The notes beneath the pieces were generated by a model that saw nothing but the letters and a program-made list of their open reading frames with translations, had not been told where the DNA came from and did no database searches. Position numbers and translations under genes: made by a program. Positions 7,401 to 10,004 of a DNA stretch of 10,004 nucleotides are shown piece by piece (position 1 is the stretch's first letter; every line of letters starts with the position of its first letter). Location: contig JAUZRH010000017.1 in NCBI GenBank assembly GCA_030950555.1, positions 1 to 10,004 on the forward strand, written 5' to 3'. Origin of the DNA: Mariprofundus sp. (lineage in GTDB: Bacteria; Pseudomonadota; Zetaproteobacteria; Mariprofundales; Mariprofundaceae).

Positions 7401-9685
7401 ACGAAACAGCAGGCAGCTTCAAGTACTCACCTGCGGCGCGTGGATTGGCGGCAATCTACTGGGCAAACACGCAAAATGAAGCGCTACAAAAGCTATGGCC
7501 GCAACGTGCCAGAAATGCAGACCAAATGGCCACAGTATTGGCTGATCGTAAGGCAAAACAGATCCTGAGCCATGAAATAGCCAGTGATATGACAGCATTT
7601 ATGACCCATCACCAACTGCCCGAAGATAAACGCCTGCTCATGAACGCCAGTGAGTATTTAACCGATGAGTTGGCGCAAGAGCGCGTTAGGTTTGCCACCA
7701 CCAAATATGCGCGCTATCTATGCGATGCATTCATCACCCATCTGAAGACGCATAATATCTGGCGTGACTACCAAAAATCATTGGATGACATGAAGGGGCT
7801 GGTGGGCAAACGCTGGGCGCTGGCAGAAAGCTGGTTGACGGCCTTTATTCGGTCACAGAAAAAAGGGGAATATACAAGTTTTGTCGCTGAAGCCATTGGT
7901 ATTTTAAATGCAGAACAACGCATCGACCGCTTGGATCGCGAGAGCGACGTACAACTCACCCTTGAAGGCTTGATGGGTACGCACGATAAGATTGAACATC
8001 GCCAACTGACCCTTCAACTCGACCAGTTCCTGGATAACAACAGAACCCACCATGAGCAGGTGATCCCCGCTTACGAACATTATGTGCAAACGCGCCGTCA
8101 GATGATGCATGAAAAGCGCCAAGCTTTGCGGCTTGAGACATTCAAAGCCAAACCCCTCGCATCATTTGTCCGCAACAGGCTCATCAATGAAGTTTATCTA
8201 CCACTGATTGGTGATAACCTAGCCAAGCAGATCGGCACCGTTGGCGACAAAAAACGTTCGGACTTAATGGGCTTGCTGCTCATGATTTCACCACCAGGTT
8301 ACGGTAAAACCACTTTAATGGAATACGTAGCCGACCGACTGGGGCTGATTTTCATGAAGATCAACTGCCCCGTCATTGGTCACGCCGTCACCTCGGTGGA
8401 TCCACTGCAGGCCGATAATAGTGCTTCCAAACAGGAGCTGGAGAAACTGAATCTAGCACTGGAAATGGGCAACAATGTAATGTTGTACCTTGATGATATT
8501 CAACACACCAACAGCGAATTCCTGCAAAAATTCATCTCCTTATCGGATGGCACACGGCGTATCGAAGGGGTGTGGAAACAACGCCCTAAAACCTACGATA
8601 TGCGAGGTAAAAAATTCTGCGTCGTGATGGCAGGCAACCCCTATACCGAATCAGGCGAAGCCTTCCAGATCCCCGATATGCTGGCGAACCGTGCCGACAT
8701 CTACAATCTGGGCGATGTATTAAGCGGCAAAGAGGCGGTGTTTGAGCTGAGTTATATCGAAAATGCCTTAACCTCTAATCCCGTGCTGGCACCGTTGGCG
8801 ACACGCGACATGGCTGATGTCTATAAATTTCTCGACATGACCGAGGGTGTCACCGTAGCAAGCACTGATCTATCGCACCCCTACAGTTCCGCCGAGATCA
8901 AAGAAATTGTCGATGTGTTACACAAAATGAAGGCCATTCAGCGCGTGATATGGAAGGTCAATAAGGCCTACATTGCCGCCAGCGCACAGGATGATAAATA
9001 TCGAACCGAACCCATTTTCAAGCTACAGGGATCGTATCGGAATATGAATAAAATGGCAGAAAAAATATCGGCAATCATGACCAAACAGGAGTTAATTCAG
9101 CTAGTGGATGACCACTATCAGGGCGAATCGCAATTACTCACCACAGGCACCGAAGCGAATCTACTTAAACTGGCTGAAATCCGGGGCTGCATGCATGAAC
9201 AACAGCAGCAACGCTGGACGCAAATCAAAGCGGACTTCATGCGTAACAAAGCCATGGGTGGTGACGATGCCGATACAGGCGCCAAAATCGTGGTGCAACT
9301 CAATGATCTGGTGACCAGTATCAAAGGCTGGCGTGGGAGCATTGAAGCAACGCGCATGGAAGAGCATGAACCGATCCACCAAGAGTCGATAACGAGCAGA
9401 AATTACAACGATAAGGTATTGACCCATATTGCCAAAGCGATTGATCAACTGGTCGATCATCTCAATACAACCGCCGAGAAAGAATGTTCACTACATGCGG
9501 ACAAGCTGTCACCGGATAAACTGGTCGATTTACTGGACAATACGCTGCAACCGTTGGTAAAAATTATGAACGGAAAGCTGGATTTAGACTTAGGTACGCA
9601 CAGAAACATGTCAGACATCAACCGTAAACTGGATGCCATTAGCAAGTTAGTAAAAGTAGAAATACCAAGGAATAAACCGAGGTAG
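4415..9685 (+). CDS. Giant (1756-aa) multidomain protein: N-terminal β-rich domain of unknown family (~aa 1–430), long α-helical/coiled-coil central region (~aa 450–1250), C-terminal MoxR/AAA_5-like AAA+ ATPase domain (~aa 1270–1480) plus a ~280-aa C-terminal extension; no TM segments
   Basis: A single uninterrupted 5.27-kb ORF. GTG 4415 is the first start codon after the in-frame stop TGA at 4385, with an AGGGG SD-like box at 4403–4407. AAA+ motifs: Walker A 'ISPPGYGKTT' (nt 8291–8314), Walker B 'VMLYLDDIQH' (nt 8480–8500, DD rather than DE), sensor-1 and MoxR-like 'CVVMAGNPYTESGEAFQIPDMLANRADIY' (nt ~8620–8703). Stop TAG 9683–9685. Confidence 0.85.
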   Translation: MTDQIEHTTIAEQAVAEGGAYELIRQRLVAQQQALESLIGDINHQRQDEFGSTEMKVLGRMRLRTENNCQAQDLVLVGEYVLFAYNVHIGLRKETRIEDVLALYTLVEQVDSYDLRSIDIKDSFLADPRFQSDFQELYAYYKDTSLSQLVFKHNKLMASFQIGEKLTDVRVFRWEVSDDGQRVDYIDNRGERDLRLPASHDFTWVQCQRDDVVDGRNPHINILDTLFVDSSRGDITIKVEDNTHVGLGIYSEPVQEKNQALDDAEFYYADLNQLILLKIKPYQEENYRYLLFNRYNQQVQRIDAIGDSCVQLPEGHGIIFPGGYYLTTGEMKTFEGQLDHLLYKCSMRAPNGEDVLYVFYHPESNIIVMYGYNIIEKSLQNPIIGHGYGFYNDGRMIIFYADDEPKRVHPLQIWQTPYCNEMHANAQAISHSFYGKIGNAELVRGISELYSISRSMRLAHVSSSHYHQLSQACSKIFDTYYWLDSPELQSIGKLLREVASTAELVIDEYEKVESIRAQSTQALIDAEAKQLEIMRQIRPDSWHDPQTFVDGLFSIRQHRGHLMSIQSYRYIDTDKIAQLEADITDLELDLNQQTVRFLSSEGALSSYDKVLDRVATERLKCTSKAELTPHLEALQQLAASLDLIAEMMATLKVEDATVQTRIVDAVSELYGRLNQQKAELEHQRKTVGSVEAKAQFSARLKLLNQSIHNALAMSSTPAKSDEQFSRLLVQMEELEGEFGDYEDFIADVMKKREELFDTFEAHKQRLMDAQQRKAQSLASAGERILQSVQRRVKRFSSQDELNTFYSADSLVRKINEIIEKLRALDDSVQAEDLDAQLKSIKEQSIRSLRDKSDLYEAGGQVIKLGPRHKFSVNTQALDLTILAKDGELFIRLTGTDYFEALHNEALDTMRAYWSMEIPSESDQLYRGEYLAYSILKAAENNQDTLNWEALSSATADLNIMLKLVAGFASPRYKEGYEKGIHDHDASLILQKIVPVYETAGSFKYSPAARGLAAIYWANTQNEALQKLWPQRARNADQMATVLADRKAKQILSHEIASDMTAFMTHHQLPEDKRLLMNASEYLTDELAQERVRFATTKYARYLCDAFITHLKTHNIWRDYQKSLDDMKGLVGKRWALAESWLTAFIRSQKKGEYTSFVAEAIGILNAEQRIDRLDRESDVQLTLEGLMGTHDKIEHRQLTLQLDQFLDNNRTHHEQVIPAYEHYVQTRRQMMHEKRQALRLETFKAKPLASFVRNRLINEVYLPLIGDNLAKQIGTVGDKKRSDLMGLLLMISPPGYGKTTLMEYVADRLGLIFMKINCPVIGHAVTSVDPLQADNSASKQELEKLNLALEMGNNVMLYLDDIQHTNSEFLQKFISLSDGTRRIEGVWKQRPKTYDMRGKKFCVVMAGNPYTESGEAFQIPDMLANRADIYNLGDVLSGKEAVFELSYIENALTSNPVLAPLATRDMADVYKFLDMTEGVTVASTDLSHPYSSAEIKEIVDVLHKMKAIQRVIWKVNKAYIAASAQDDKYRTEPIFKLQGSYRNMNKMAEKISAIMTKQELIQLVDDHYQGESQLLTTGTEANLLKLAEIRGCMHEQQQQRWTQIKADFMRNKAMGGDDADTGAKIVVQLNDLVTSIKGWRGSIEATRMEEHEPIHQESITSRNYNDKVLTHIAKAIDQLVDHLNTTAEKECSLHADKLSPDKLVDLLDNTLQPLVKIMNGKLDLDLGTHRNMSDINRKLDAISKLVKVEIPRNKPR
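8230..8900 (+). other. AAA+ (MoxR/AAA_5-type) ATPase domain inside the giant CDS
   Basis: Motif order and spacing follow a MoxR-type P-loop domain: Walker A PPGYGKTT, Walker B hhhhDD about 60 aa downstream, then 'AGNP…E…G…P..L.NR' about 45 aa after that. Sequence reading only; no profile search was possible. Confidence 0.6.
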
Positions 9686-9705
9686 ACAAAATAATTCGGT
9701 GGGGT

Positions 9706-9737
9706 ACGCTTGCGCAGCGTTTGGCGTTTCGTTTTTG
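9706..9737 (+). terminator. Weak candidate rho-independent terminator after the giant gene (5-bp stem acgct/agcgt, loop tgcgc, followed by T-rich 'ttggcgtttcgtttttg')
   Basis: Inverted repeat at 9706–9720 and U-rich tail at 9721–9737, about 20 nt after the stop codon. The stem is short, so confidence is low. Confidence 0.3.
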
Positions 9738-9865
9738 ATGCTTGATTGCTGATGATGAATGGTTTGGGATAATTCATACGTCTATTGTTGTGCGCTGTTA
9801 AAAAAAACATCAATATTCCTATTGTTTACGTTTTTTTCCCGCAATCAGGTATTCCCGAAGACTCA

Positions 9866-10004
9866 GAGCCAATTGCAAAACTCTGGGTGGATGAGCGGCA
9901 ATCCCACTTTGAGTCCATTTTTGAGGTGGAATGAGGTGCATGGTGGTTCCATGGAGCAAACAACAGCGCGGGTTGGGCCAAAGTGGGGCCGCCGATCGCC
10001 GCTC
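9866..10004. mobile_element. Second copy (truncated by the window end) of the MITE-like element seen at 648–816, same orientation
   Basis: 9866–10004 aligns with 653–793 with about 3 mismatches (t>c at 'gaggtgYatgg'; 'gagcgaacacc' vs 'gagcaaacaac'). The outer 5 nt of the left TIR differ: 'actca' versus 'cctag'. Confidence 0.7.

Noticed and set aside
4539-8141. Small ORFs on either strand within the giant gene (4539..4751-, 4917..5228+, 6634..6822-, 7768..7959-, 7904..8122-, 7956..8141-)
   Set aside because: Embedded in or antisense to the continuous 5.27-kb ORF. No independent signals.
9108-9813. ORFs 9108..9314(+), 9118..9357(-), 9161..9460(-) and 9457..9813(-) at the 3' end of the giant gene
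   Set aside because: They overlap the AAA+ protein's C-terminal coding region or its terminator region, and have no RBS or recognisable product.

Overview
The window looks like an accessory-type locus in a moderate-GC Gram-negative-like genome. (1) Positions 2–487 hold the 3' end of a gene for an Rpn/YhgA-like protein (recombination-promoting PD-(D/E)XK nuclease, 'transposase_31' family) with its C-terminal DUF4351-like tail. Inside it sits an in-frame array of 16 tandem 12-nt units encoding (G-x-Q-E/K)n. (2) Positions 648–816 hold a ~170-bp non-coding element bounded by perfect 23-bp terminal inverted repeats (MITE-like). A second copy, ~98% identical, starts at 9866 and runs off the window end, so two direct copies bracket everything in between. 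(3) A perfect 21-bp-stem GC-rich hairpin lies at 982–1026. (4) A co-directional three-gene cluster occupies most of the window: a YqiJ/NfeD-like membrane protein (1573–2229); a flotillin-like SPFH/band-7 protein with four tandem 54-nt 'EA' repeats (2241–4328); and a giant 1756-aa protein (4415–9685) with an unrecognised N-terminal β-rich region, a long α-helical/coiled-coil middle and a C-terminal MoxR/AAA_5-like AAA+ ATPase domain whose Walker B reads DD rather than DE. The NfeD–flotillin pair is a well-known module. I do not recognise its tight linkage to a giant coiled-coil AAA+ protein as a described system; that linkage is the main candidate for something new, and it sits between two MITE copies next to an Rpn-type nuclease gene. 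All minus-strand ORFs in the track appear to be antisense artefacts of the three large genes or of the repeats. No tRNA, rRNA or CRISPR array was found.
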